Source: Gammaproteobacteria bacterium
Lineage (GTDB): Bacteria > Pseudomonadota > Gammaproteobacteria > GCA-001735895
NCBI GenBank assembly: GCA_041688005.1
Contig: JBDNJA010000113.1
Span: 537-64,536, forward strand
DNA length: 64,000 nt
Reading direction: 5' to 3'
Shown: one piece after another, positions 10,093-20,269 of the stretch
Layout of the letters: the number at the start of each line of letters is the position of its first letter
Numbering within the stretch: position 1 is the first letter of the stretch
Notes under the pieces: generated by a model
Told to the model about the DNA's origin: nothing
Seen by the model: the letters and a program-made list of their open reading frames with translations, nothing else
Database searches by the model: none
Position numbers and translations under genes: made by a program

Positions 10093-10932
10093 CTACTGTC
10101 TCAGTGTTTTTATTTGTTGAAAGAAAATCTCGAACAGCTCTTGCTGCGACGATATTTGCAACTTCCCGTAAACATTTCGACGGTGAATACGCACCGTACC
10201 AACAGAAATCCCAAGGCTCTTAGCAATGGCTTCTGACGAATGCCCTTCTAAAACTCGCGATACCACCTGGGTTTCTCTCGGTGTAATTCTGGCACTAAAC
10301 AACGCGCTCACTGTGTTCTCGATAATCGTTTGGCTCGAGCCTACTTCGGTGCTTGGGAGGCCGCCTTCAAAGCGCTGAGGCAAGCCATGCCAGTGATGCC
10401 TTGAGAGGCTATCGACGATGGGAAAAACGCCCTGAAGTAATTTAAATTCACGTGCAGAAAATTTAGAGTTTTCGGCTGTGCGCATTAGCGATATAACAAC
10501 CGCGACATCATCTACCGGATAAAGAGTGTAGGAGATTTCCTCTGATAACCCGGTCTGTACGTAATAAGATCGATAATATTCACTTTGGTAAAAACGATCT
10601 GGCGCGATATCACGCAATCGGTATAAGCCAGGATCTACTTTACGACTACATGCCTTGAAAAATGGATCTAGCAGATAAGGCCCCTTCAGATAGTCATCAA
10701 CGTACACAACGCGACTAGTCGGTGAGAAACCATGGTGAAGGCAAAGCGGTCTCTCGTCCAAATGATAGGCAAACGTAACCGAATAATCATAATCGGTGAT
10801 TGTTCTCAGCGCCTTATCCAGATTCTCGGAAAAAGTCTGGACGCCAAGAGAATCAATACATTCACCAAGCGACGAAACCCAGGAACTTGGCCCAATCTCG
10901 TTTTTTTTAGGCCGTTTGGTGCTAGCTACCAT
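10093..10932 (-). CDS. LuxR/GerE-family transcriptional regulator with an uncharacterised N-terminal sensor domain
   Basis: C-terminal HTH ...TPRETQVVSRVLEGHSSEAIAKSLGISVGTVRIHRRNVYGKL... Confidence 0.85.
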   Translation of the reverse strand: MVASTKRPKKNEIGPSSWVSSLGECIDSLGVQTFSENLDKALRTITDYDYSVTFAYHLDERPLCLHHGFSPTSRVVYVDDYLKGPYLLDPFFKACSRKVDPGLYRLRDIAPDRFYQSEYYRSYYVQTGLSEEISYTLYPVDDVAVVISLMRTAENSKFSAREFKLLQGVFPIVDSLSRHHWHGLPQRFEGGLPSTEVGSSQTIIENTVSALFSARITPRETQVVSRVLEGHSSEAIAKSLGISVGTVRIHRRNVYGKLQISSQQELFEIFFQQIKTLRQ

Positions 10933-10987
10933 TACTACGTTACACTCCCTACATTTAAAATTAACTTTTTCTGTTATTATTTGAATT

Positions 10988-11003
10988 TAGGGTATATACC
11001 CTA
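10988..11003. promoter_or_regulatory. Perfect 16-bp palindrome TAGGGTATATACCCTA in the luxR-like/potA divergent region (candidate operator)
   Basis: The palindrome is seen directly. Binding by the adjacent LuxR-type dimer is inferred. Confidence 0.4.
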
Positions 11004-11112
11004 TAAGCGAAAAACATTATATATATTTGCTATTTGCATGGTAGTATATTTATTCCATTGAACTCAAGATATATATTTGTCAGAGGAAGAATGCTCTTCA
11101 GGAGAAATCAAA

Positions 11113-12246
11113 TTGTCGACTCAATCTAATGATTCACACGATGTAGATATCGAGTTTCAAAATATTACCAAGCGTTTCGAAGACGTTGTGGCTGTCGACA
11201 ACGTCTCTTTAAGCGTTAACCGCGGTGCCTTTTTTAGCTTTCTGGGGCCATCTGGTTGCGGCAAAACAACCTCACTACGGCTCATAGCTGGCTTTGATCA
11301 ACCGACACAGGGTGAAGTCTTTATTGGCGGCGCCTCTGTAGTTGGAATTCCCCCACATAAACGACCAGTTAATATGGTTTTCCAGCAATATGCCCTATTC
11401 CCGCATATGACTGTCGCCGAGAATATCGGTTACGGCTTACGTCAGCGCAGTCCAAAACCAGGTAAACTCGAAATTTTAAAAAGAGTTGATGAAACCTTAG
11501 AAAAGGTACGGCTTGAGGGTTACGGGGAACGCAGAATTTGGGAGCTGTCTGGCGGCCAACAGCAACGTATAGCCCTGGCCCGCGCACTAATCAATCGTCC
11601 GACTTGCTTGTTACTGGATGAACCGCTCGCGGCACTCGATCGTAAGCTGCGTCGAGAAATGCAGATCGAACTTCAAACCTTACAACGTGACGTCGGCATT
11701 ACTTTCATATTAGTGACCCACGATCAAGAGGAAGCCCTGTCCATGAGTGATGAAATCTGCATCATGCGTGAAGGACAAATCATTCAGTCGGGCAGTCCGC
11801 GAGAGCTTTATGACGAACCACAGAACAGATATGTCGCTGACTTTGTTGGCAAAACCAATTTTTTTACTGGCGAAGTAGCTGAACTTAATGGTTCTAGAGT
11901 AACCATTAAGACGGATTCGAACGAGATATTGATTGGAACTCAGCCCAAAGGGGCCACCCCAATGATTTACGGCAACGAAGCCTCGGTAGCAGTTCGTCCG
12001 GGAATGATATCTATTTCAGCCGTAGGTGAGGCAACAAAAAGTAACAGCATTGCCATACGTGGGCAGGTGATGAACAGGATATTCCTTGGTGAAAACTCTG
12101 AGTATCTTATTAAAACTGAAGGATACGGTGAGGTAATGGTGTCATCCCCAAAATCGGTCGAAAGCGCCAGTAATAATTTTGTACCAGGAGACCCTGTTTC
12201 TCTAAGTTGGAGTTCAGAAGCTGCTCTTGTATTGGGAGACACTTAA
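11113..12246 (+). CDS. potA: Spermidine/putrescine-type ABC transporter ATP-binding protein (PotA family)
   Basis: Walker A GPSGCGKTT, signature LSGGQQQR, Walker B LLLDEP and a C-terminal TOBE-like domain. I prefer the TTG at 11113 because AGGAGA lies 7 nt upstream. The track ORF starts at TTG 11077, which has no Shine-Dalgarno. Confidence 0.85.
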   Translation: MSTQSNDSHDVDIEFQNITKRFEDVVAVDNVSLSVNRGAFFSFLGPSGCGKTTSLRLIAGFDQPTQGEVFIGGASVVGIPPHKRPVNMVFQQYALFPHMTVAENIGYGLRQRSPKPGKLEILKRVDETLEKVRLEGYGERRIWELSGGQQQRIALARALINRPTCLLLDEPLAALDRKLRREMQIELQTLQRDVGITFILVTHDQEEALSMSDEICIMREGQIIQSGSPRELYDEPQNRYVADFVGKTNFFTGEVAELNGSRVTIKTDSNEILIGTQPKGATPMIYGNEASVAVRPGMISISAVGEATKSNSIAIRGQVMNRIFLGENSEYLIKTEGYGEVMVSSPKSVESASNNFVPGDPVSLSWSSEAALVLGDT

Positions 12247-12318
12247 AATCTGTACTGACTATCCGACAGTAACAGTTATCATTTAAATCACGGATCAATT
12301 TTAACGAGGAGAGTAGTA

Positions 12319-13482
12319 ATGAGTAAAAACAACAACGATAAACCCATAACAGCAACGAAGTTCATGAAAGAACTTCGCCGTTACCAAAACGGCTCAGTTT
12401 CCCGTAGACATTTTCTCGGTATAACCGGACTCGGCACAGCTATGGCAGTGATGGGCACAGCGATGCCATCTCTGTATTCCAGCCAAGCCAATGCCTTCGG
12501 TAACGTCGGGGATCGACTGATTTTTTCAACTTGGCCTAATTATCACAACCAGGTCAATCTGGACGAATTCACCGAAATGACTGGCGCACACATCCAAGTT
12601 AATGCTTTCGGGTCAAACGAAGAAATGCTGGCTAAATTGCAAGCTGGCGGCACGGGTTGGGACGTTTTCGTACCGACTAACTACACTATTTCCAACTATG
12701 TAGAACTAGGCCTGATTCAGGAACTGGATTTATCACGAATCCCAAATTACGACGCATCGGCCAGCAACCCTAAATTTTCCGACCCCGCAACCATAGACGG
12801 CAAGGTCTACTGCGTACCTAAGAACTGGGGAACCACCGGCTTTATAGTCAATTCAAACAGGGTCAAGAGCCAGCCTAAATCATGGAAAGACTTTTTTGAT
12901 GTCACCATGGGTAAAGCGTCGGGTCATACTATTTTGCATGACTACCAATTGACTACCATCGGTGCCGCCTTGTGTGCACTGGGTTACTCGTTTAACTCTG
13001 TCGATGCCAAAGAACTAGCCGCCGCCGAAGCCTTGCTGATCAAATCCAAGCCGCACCTATTCGCAATCACTTCCGACTATCAGCCTGGAATGCGCAGCGA
13101 AGATGCCTGGTTATCGATTTGCTGGAACGGTGATGGCACGCAGCTCAAAAACGACATGCCTGAAATGGAATACGTGATCGCCAGCGATGGTGGTGAAATT
13201 TGGTCTGACTTTTATGCCATTCCAAAAGATGCACCGCATTTAGATGCGGCTTATGCCTTCTTGAACTTCATGCAGGACCCATATGTCCAGGCTCGTGACG
13301 CTGCTGTTCATGGCTATGCGCCAACTGATGCACGCGCCATTGCCTTGCAGCCAGACTCATTGGCCAGCGATCCAATTTTGCACCCTGCATTGGACTTAAT
13401 GAACGGTCTGGAGTTTGGCGCGGCTCAAACTCTGACCGACCCAATTCGAGCAGAAGTTATGGCTCGATTCAAGTCAGCTTAA
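12319..13482 (+). CDS. PotD/PotF-family periplasmic polyamine/amine-binding protein with a twin-arginine signal peptide
   Basis: SRRHFLGITGLGTAMAV...ANA-F is a Tat-type signal. The body resembles PotD/PotF-type binding proteins. Confidence 0.8.
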   Translation: MSKNNNDKPITATKFMKELRRYQNGSVSRRHFLGITGLGTAMAVMGTAMPSLYSSQANAFGNVGDRLIFSTWPNYHNQVNLDEFTEMTGAHIQVNAFGSNEEMLAKLQAGGTGWDVFVPTNYTISNYVELGLIQELDLSRIPNYDASASNPKFSDPATIDGKVYCVPKNWGTTGFIVNSNRVKSQPKSWKDFFDVTMGKASGHTILHDYQLTTIGAALCALGYSFNSVDAKELAAAEALLIKSKPHLFAITSDYQPGMRSEDAWLSICWNGDGTQLKNDMPEMEYVIASDGGEIWSDFYAIPKDAPHLDAAYAFLNFMQDPYVQARDAAVHGYAPTDARAIALQPDSLASDPILHPALDLMNGLEFGAAQTLTDPIRAEVMARFKSA

Positions 13483-13512
13483 ATCTGACGTAACACTGAA
13501 AAACGGATAACG

Positions 13513-14373
13513 ATGAGAGATCAAAGCAAATCTGGAAACTGGCTTACCGCTGTGTTGTTGGCACCCACATCTCTGTGGTTTTTGTTCATGCTGATTTTGC
13601 CTCTTGTCGTTATCCTGGTTTTTAGTTTCGGCGAACGCGCCGATGTAGGTGGCTATGCCGGAGGCTTTACTTTAGAACATTATGCGAATCTATCGACGAG
13701 ATTGAAAGCTTTTCAAAACACAATGATTATTGCGCCACTGGGTACACTTTTGTGTTTATTAGTGGCCTATCCACTGACTTATTTTTTGGCATTACGTGTT
13801 AGCCAGAAATTCAAACTGATATTACTAGTGTTAGTGATTGTGCCGTTTTGGACCAGCTTACTGGTACGAACATACGCCTGGATTTTTATACTGGGTGGCC
13901 GTGGTATACCCACACTACTAGAATTTATCGGTTTCGAAGGTGTCCGCCTCATCAATACGCAAGGGGCGGTGCTAGTCGGAATCGTTTATGGCTACTTGCC
14001 TCTAATGGTTTTCCCCATTTTTGTTTCCCTGGAGAAACTCGACAAAAGGTTGCTGGAAGCATCCAACGACCTAGGTGCCTCACCTTTCAAAACTTTTTGG
14101 CAAGTAACACTTCCTTTATCTATGCCAGGCATAGCCACTGGTTGCATGCTTGTGTTTATTCTGCTTATGGGTGAATTTATAATCCCCGCCTTTTTAGGCG
14201 GCGGTAAAGTATATTTTGTTGGTAATGCATTGGTCGACTTATTTCTGCAGTCTAGAAACTGGCCTTTTGGCGCAGCAATTTCTGTCACGTTGGTCGCTAT
14301 CATGTTGATTACTGTTACCTTTTATATGCGCATGTTTAATAGTAAAACAGGGAGAGATGAATCCCTGATGTAG
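13513..14373 (+). CDS. ABC transporter permease (PotB-like)
   Basis: Multi-pass membrane protein with the EAA-loop region ...LLEASNDLGASPFKTFWQVTLP... Confidence 0.85.
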   Translation: MRDQSKSGNWLTAVLLAPTSLWFLFMLILPLVVILVFSFGERADVGGYAGGFTLEHYANLSTRLKAFQNTMIIAPLGTLLCLLVAYPLTYFLALRVSQKFKLILLVLVIVPFWTSLLVRTYAWIFILGGRGIPTLLEFIGFEGVRLINTQGAVLVGIVYGYLPLMVFPIFVSLEKLDKRLLEASNDLGASPFKTFWQVTLPLSMPGIATGCMLVFILLMGEFIIPAFLGGGKVYFVGNALVDLFLQSRNWPFGAAISVTLVAIMLITVTFYMRMFNSKTGRDESLM

Positions 14374-14387
14374 GGGATTTAATTATT

Positions 14388-15200
14388 ATGCGAATCTACG
14401 CTATTGCAGTCTTTTTGTTTTTATACGTTCCCATCGGAATCATCGTTCTGTTTAGCTTCAACGCTGGGCAACACGCCAGCGAACTGCGCGGCCTGTCGGT
14501 TCAGTGGTATGGCAAAGCATTGTCAAATCCGTTTGTCGGTGACGCCTTTGTCACCAGCCTGATTATCGCGCTGTCTGTCGCTGTACTTTCGAGTTTACTG
14601 GGAACCACGGCTGCGTTAGCTTTGCAGCGCTTAAAAGGCCCTTTGCGAACCTTTTTCGACGGTATGATTTACGTATCAGTGATGATACCCGGTATTGTCA
14701 TCGGCATCGCCACGCTAGTAGCGCTAGTCACCGTGTTCGACTATCTCAATCCGTTACTCGCCTCCGCCTGGCCCGAAGGAATGAAGCCCCCAAAACTTCA
14801 TATGGGCTATGCCTCGGTGATTGCCGCTCATACTCTTTTCACCATGTCTCTGGTCATTATCCTAGTTAGAGCCAGAATTGCCGGCATGGACCGAACCCTA
14901 ATAGAAGCCTCGATGGATTTATACGCAACTCCGTGGCGTACTTTTTATCAAGTGACTTTGCCACAGATCTTTCCTGCCATTTTGGCCGGATTCTTACTTA
15001 GTTTCACCTTTAGCTTCGACGACTTTATTATTTCGTTTTTTGTCGCTGGGCCGAACACTACACTGCCTGTTTATATCTTCTCGTCAATTCGCAGGGGCAT
15101 AACACCGGAAGTTAACGCAATCGGCACCATGGTTCTGGCTGCTTCATTGATTTTACTGATGGCGGCTCAGTATGCCTTGCACCGTCACGGTAAGCGTTAA
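14388..15200 (+). CDS. ABC transporter permease (PotC-like)
   Basis: EAA loop ...LIEASMDLYATPWRTFYQVTLP... and operon position. Confidence 0.85.
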   Translation: MRIYAIAVFLFLYVPIGIIVLFSFNAGQHASELRGLSVQWYGKALSNPFVGDAFVTSLIIALSVAVLSSLLGTTAALALQRLKGPLRTFFDGMIYVSVMIPGIVIGIATLVALVTVFDYLNPLLASAWPEGMKPPKLHMGYASVIAAHTLFTMSLVIILVRARIAGMDRTLIEASMDLYATPWRTFYQVTLPQIFPAILAGFLLSFTFSFDDFIISFFVAGPNTTLPVYIFSSIRRGITPEVNAIGTMVLAASLILLMAAQYALHRHGKR

Positions 15201-15220
15201 CGCAACTAAAATCTACCACA

Positions 15221-15523
15221 TCAAGTCTCCATCTGGTGTTTGATAACCCGCATAGCAATGAAACTGGGCCTGCCATCGACACTTTCACAAGCGATCAAAA
15301 CAGATACTTTACCCTCAGCCCCACGACCTCTTTTCCCTGCCTTTTTTCCACCAATCAGGGCATCGTCTAGCTCTATCACCTCAGACAGACGATAAATAGA
15401 ATCTCTGTGGCCCATGGCGGTTCTAAGTTTTGTTAGCACTCGATAAGCACTACGCCAGGCGACACCAATGAGTTTCGATAATCGTAATGCGGATATGCCG
15501 CTATTTTCGATATTATTTATGAA
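15221..15523 (-). pseudogene. IS1595-family transposase, about 100-aa internal fragment
   Basis: The in-frame reading ...ENSGISALRLSKLIGVAWRSAYRVLTKLR...ELDDALIGGKKAGKRGRGAEGKVSVLIA... matches the HTH/ISXO2-like core of IS1595 transposases. The N-terminal zinc ribbon and most of the DDE domain are missing. Confidence 0.7.
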
Positions 15524-15741
15524 CTAACTGAATGACTGGTTAGTCAGGTTCAAGTAATATGTTTCACTTCACAAGATTATCAATGTGTCGTTTAAGAGAC
15601 ACTCTGCTGGATGCCAAATTGCCAAATTCTGCGATGCAGTTAATTGCGGTGCCAATGAACGCCTGAGGGTTAAGGGTGCTGACATATAACGGATCATATA
15701 AACGTCCAAATAAACTACTGAATTGCTGAGGTTTAAAAAAC

Positions 15742-17820
15742 ATGCCACGTGATCCTCGTTATGACGTTCTGTTCGAACCGGTAAAAATAGGGCCAGTTAC
15801 TGCAAAAAACCGTTTTTATCAGGCACCACATTGCAATGGAATGGGGCGTACCTTCCCATCCAGTATGGCAGCAATGCGAGGCGTGAAGGCCGAAGGTGGT
15901 TGGGCTGTAATATCAACCGAACAAATTGACATTCATCCAAGCAGCGATATAACACCCGGTACAGAAGGACGACTCTGGTCGGATAAGGACATTCCTTATC
16001 TCGCACGTATGTGTGATGCGGTTCATGAGCATGGTTCACTGGCTTCAATTGAGCCAGTTCATAATGGCTATGTGGCATCTAACCTTTACAGCCGGGAGGT
16101 ACCGATATTCCCAACACACATGCCGGTTGCTACGCATAACCATCCACTGCAGGCACGAGCCATGAATAGAACCGATATTAGAAATTATCGTCGCTGGCAC
16201 CTTGATGCGGTAAAGCGAGCTAAGAAGGCTGGTTATGATATTATTTGTTGCTATGCCGGACATAATCTGTCGCTGGCCGGCATGTTCATGCTGGACCGGT
16301 ACAATTTTCGTACCGACGAATACGGCGGCAACCTCGAGAATCGGGTTCGATTGTTTCGTGAAATCATAGAAGATACCAAGGACGCTGTAGGTGACACAAT
16401 GGGCGTTATTGTACGATTCTCTGTAGACGAACTGCGCGGTAGCGAAGGTTTGGAGGCAGACAAGGAAGGTCGCGAAATCGTCGAAATGCTAGCAGAGCTT
16501 CCCGATCTATGGGATGTCAATATTGCTGAGTGGGAAAACGACAGCATGACTAGTCGTTTTTCTGATGAAGGCTATCAGGAACCTTTTATCGACTTTGTTA
16601 AAAAAGTGACCACGAAACCGGTTGTTGCGGTTGGTCGCTACACATCACCAGACCGAATGGTCTCGCTGGTTAACAAGGGAGTTATTGATATGATTGGCGC
16701 CGCTCGGCCCTCTATTGCAGACCCTTTCCTGCCGAAAAAAATAGAAGAAGGACGTATAGACGAAATTCGAGAATGTATTGGCTGCAATATCTGTGTAGCT
16801 TGGGACAACATGATCGCACCGATGCGCTGCACTCAAAATCCAACCGCTTCGGAGGAGTGGCGTAAAGGTTGGCATCCGGAACGGATAGCTGCAAAGAAAG
16901 ATGATGGTTCAGTTCTTGTTGTGGGCGCTGGGCCCGCAGGTCTCGAGGCTGCACTAGCTGCGGGGCGGCGTGGATACGATGTCATTCTTGCCGAAGCTCG
17001 TGACGAATTGGGTGGCAGGGTCAGTTTGGAAAGTCGGTTGCCGGGCCTTGGTGCTTGGTCGAGAGTGCGCGACTACCGCAGTTATCTGCTGTCACAAATG
17101 CCCAACGTAGAAATCTACCTTAATAACCCTTTGACCTCGGCAGAAATACTGGAACTAGGATCAGCACATATAGCAATAGCAACCGGTGCAAAGTGGAGAC
17201 ATGATGGATATGGCCGCAACCATCAGTTCCCAATTCCTGGTTTGGATAAAACTAATTTACTAACGCCTGACGATATTATTGGTGGGGTTTGTCCAAAAGG
17301 GGACGTATTAATTTATGACGACGACCACTATTATATAGCTTCGGTAGTAGCTGAGTTGCTGGTTAGCCAGGGGTGCAATGTTACATTTGTAACGCCGGAA
17401 TCAGTGGTTTCGGCATGGACTGAATATACTTTGGAACAGCGCCGCATCCAGTCTCGTTTAATCGAAGTTGGCGTGACCATTGTGACCGGTTATAGACTCC
17501 GACAAGTTTCCTCAGAAGCTGTCGTTCTGGGTTGTACTTATTCTGAAAACACAAAAAATATCGAAGCATCATCTATCGTTATGGTTACTTCGCGACTACC
17601 GCAGGATAGCCTTTTTCTTGAGCTAGGGGGCGAACAGACTGACCGAGATTTAGGCCAGCTCAAGACATTGAAGGCCATAGGCGACTGTCATGGGCCAGCA
17701 ACCATTGCCGCGGCCGTATACGAAGGTCACCTATTTGCGCGAGAACTGGGCGAAGAGCCTTCCGATATACCCTATAGGCGCGAGTTGACCGAATTATCAG
17801 TAGAGTTCAAGCTACCCTAG
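15742..17820 (+). CDS. Trimethylamine/dimethylamine/histamine-dehydrogenase-family flavoprotein, paralogue 1 (FMN OYE-like domain + 4Fe-4S + ADP/FAD-type domain)
   Basis: N-terminus RDPRYDVLFEPVKIGPVTAKNRFYQAPHCNGMG, whose Cys corresponds to the 6-S-cysteinyl-FMN Cys of TMADH. Also CIGCNICx9-12C cluster motif and VLVVGAGPAGLEAA. Confidence 0.85.
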   Translation: MPRDPRYDVLFEPVKIGPVTAKNRFYQAPHCNGMGRTFPSSMAAMRGVKAEGGWAVISTEQIDIHPSSDITPGTEGRLWSDKDIPYLARMCDAVHEHGSLASIEPVHNGYVASNLYSREVPIFPTHMPVATHNHPLQARAMNRTDIRNYRRWHLDAVKRAKKAGYDIICCYAGHNLSLAGMFMLDRYNFRTDEYGGNLENRVRLFREIIEDTKDAVGDTMGVIVRFSVDELRGSEGLEADKEGREIVEMLAELPDLWDVNIAEWENDSMTSRFSDEGYQEPFIDFVKKVTTKPVVAVGRYTSPDRMVSLVNKGVIDMIGAARPSIADPFLPKKIEEGRIDEIRECIGCNICVAWDNMIAPMRCTQNPTASEEWRKGWHPERIAAKKDDGSVLVVGAGPAGLEAALAAGRRGYDVILAEARDELGGRVSLESRLPGLGAWSRVRDYRSYLLSQMPNVEIYLNNPLTSAEILELGSAHIAIATGAKWRHDGYGRNHQFPIPGLDKTNLLTPDDIIGGVCPKGDVLIYDDDHYYIASVVAELLVSQGCNVTFVTPESVVSAWTEYTLEQRRIQSRLIEVGVTIVTGYRLRQVSSEAVVLGCTYSENTKNIEASSIVMVTSRLPQDSLFLELGGEQTDRDLGQLKTLKAIGDCHGPATIAAAVYEGHLFARELGEEPSDIPYRRELTELSVEFKLP

Positions 17821-18805
17821 AGGTTAACCACTAGATAATTTGAAGTTGAAGGTAGCGTTGTAGAAAATTTACTGGCTGATTCCAGGCATCTCTATTAGTT
17901 ATGGTCGCTGCTCCATCAACATTGTAAAACCGAGCGGTGGCTTGGCTGTACTCTCTTCAAGGTCACTACAAAATTTGGATATATCACAGTCCAGCTCCTT
18001 AAAATAACGTAACTTCAGTCCGCAATCGATTCCCGACATCAGAATTTCGTCGAGGCGATGCATGAAACTGTAATTGGGTTTTGGGACACCGAGCCGAGTA
18101 ATCATTAGCCAATTTAACAGCAAGGTGGTGAGACCGACGGAAAATTCGTTCACGAATTCGGAACAGCCGTTCACCACGGCCTTGAAGATTTCTCGCCAGT
18201 TTCCGGCTAATTTTTTGGGTTTGAGCTTAGTACCCGGTTTAAAAAAATAGGGCAGTAGAATAAACAGAACAGCTGAATGAGCAAATCCTGTAGCGTATGC
18301 CGCCCCCTTGTCTCCTTTGAAATAGGTTGTAATGAGCGCCCTCTTAATCGTATTGACGCCGCACTAATCTTTCCGCTTCCGGGAGACTTTGCAATCCCTT
18401 GAATCTGTGGTTTAGTAAGAACGTCGCCACTGAATTTAGATCCGAATTGGTCGGGTTTTGGGTCGAATCGATATGCTGCAATAGCATCGTTTCCTTTTTT
18501 AGCGTCGCCTCGGATAAACCCATCTGTATTATTATAGCTCTTAATTCGATCATTTTCTTCGATATTGTGTTTATCGTCGCCTACCTTTCAATCAAGACAA
18601 TCAACGGATGGCGTTAACGGCAACAAAGGAAGTTACCAAGCTGAGTCTGCAGGCGAACCTTCTCGATAGCAGCCGTTCACAAATCTAATCGGTGAGGTAT
18701 CAGTATCAGGTACATATACCTCCTGCACTCTCCACTAAGGAGGATCAATGTGCGACTACGCTAATTTCTGTGTCGATAGTTGCTACACGGAGATTTCAAT
18801 TTCTG

Positions 18806-19588
18806 CTACGAGGTGGAGTTGTCGGCAACGACCTTTCCTGGGGTGAAGGCACAGTAGACCTTGGTGACAGGGACATCGCACTGCCATTTGTATTGCGCGC
18901 CTAGTGGAACGAAACAAGCCTCCCCGCTCTTGAACACCTGGCTATTGCCAACACCATCTGAGACAGTTGCTTCGCCTTCAAGAATGCACATCAAGTCGAA
19001 ATGATCGAATTCGCATACCGGACGCTCAAAGGCAGTGCTGTTCCAGATGCCAACCGTAAACTGGCCTGTAACGTCGGTGTAATAGATATGGTTATGCTGA
19101 TCAGGGACAATACCGATGATCTGACTGGTGTCCGCAATGACGATAGGTGTCTTGGCGTCGCTCGGTCTTGGAGTCATAATGCCATACCGAGCAGGGTTAT
19201 CGTGAACTTCGTCTCCCCTACCAGAGAAGATAACGAAGTACTTGCGTATATACTCGGTTTGCACCCAGCGGCAAATCAAGCCTTTCGGGACGATAAAACT
19301 TTCACCTGCAGAAATGGTTGTTGAGGCGCCGTCTTCCAGCTCCATGGTGACTGACCCTTCCAGTACATACATGAATTCTTCGACCGAATAGGGTTCCATT
19401 TTTCCTCGAAAAGGAGTGCAGTCCCAGACTCCAGCCATCAGGCCTGAAGCTTCGTCATTGTAATATAAATGCCCGCGCTGGACTGGCTCACCGCTCTCAA
19501 TGTCAGCCGGGTCCATGACATCCCACTCCACTAGTTTAGTGTCAGCTGGGCCTTCAAGTTCAAACCGGGTAACTTTATTAACATTCAT
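18806..19588 (-). CDS. Bicupin protein (two cupin_3/DUF861-like repeats)
   Basis: There are two internally repeated halves, each with a ...G.W.ST/CTPF...E...ILEG...V... pattern. Confidence 0.7.
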   Translation of the reverse strand: MNVNKVTRFELEGPADTKLVEWDVMDPADIESGEPVQRGHLYYNDEASGLMAGVWDCTPFRGKMEPYSVEEFMYVLEGSVTMELEDGASTTISAGESFIVPKGLICRWVQTEYIRKYFVIFSGRGDEVHDNPARYGIMTPRPSDAKTPIVIADTSQIIGIVPDQHNHIYYTDVTGQFTVGIWNSTAFERPVCEFDHFDLMCILEGEATVSDGVGNSQVFKSGEACFVPLGAQYKWQCDVPVTKVYCAFTPGKVVADNSTS

Positions 19589-20193
19589 AGGACGTTCCTT
19601 AGTGCATCAAATTAATCAATACCATAGGTTATATGGTTAGCGAGAAAGCGATTAAACTTCTGAGTTCGGCTAATATATCACCTGCTGTCGGCATCGTAGA
19701 GACCTTTTTTATTCATAACTTTAATTTAATAATATGCTCGAATCGATGGCTGTTTTGTCGATGCGATTTTCATTGACTAATAGAATCTTAAAAATAGAGA
19801 GCCTCTTAGAAATGATTGACAGAAGTCTAAGGGTTAGTCTCACGCGGAAGTATCCAGTTTACAGCACCGTTAGCGAGGGTCATGTTTCGCATTTCTGACA
19901 GCTTTCTTGAAGCAAAAGTCCTGATGCAATTTGCGAAAATAGCACGACTTTTTCGGGTGAACTTGAGTGACTGATTTCAAAATTAACAACCTTGCAGTAA
20001 CTGATCAAAATTTTAATCCGTTGTCACCTTTTACCTCTCCTTTTCTCCATCAAGCCAAGACAAACATGTTGTTTTTCCCGTGAGGCAGTTCGGGTAGCCA
20101 CGCTTCACGCCGCGTTATTTGGACTCATGAAACTGCTTGAGATTGAATAAGGACTCGCCGGAGCCGTTAGTACGATATAATGCTTTGGTTATA

Positions 20194-20209
20194 TTGATTG
20201 ATCAGTCAA
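20194..20209. promoter_or_regulatory. Candidate TetR/BetI-type operator TTGATTGATCAGTCAA (7 of 8 dyad positions)
   Basis: It lies 61 nt upstream of the tetR start, within the TATTGATTGATCAGTCAAAATA context. It resembles the BetI-type TTGATTG half-site. Confidence 0.45.
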
Positions 20210-20269
20210 AATAAAGTAAAATACACTTCCCTTATAGATATAATCAGCGATTTATAGAGTCATGTATTT

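Noticed and set aside
17821-18805. A possible MATE-efflux-like remnant on the minus strand (reading ...WREIFKAVVNGCSEFVNEFSVGLTTLLLNWLMITRLG..., about 17990-18340) and a 69-aa ORF at 18344-18553.
   Set aside because: The resemblance is limited to one putative TM-helix pair recalled from memory, and the flanking sequence does not continue the family. I treat it as undefined decayed DNA rather than an annotated pseudogene.
19589-20193. The 600-nt ORF-free stretch between the bicupin gene and the tetR operator, scanned for a small RNA, riboswitch or gene remnant.
   Set aside because: I found no convincing stem-loops with U-runs, no known riboswitch cores and no protein-like frames. It remains unexplained but contains nothing I can support.
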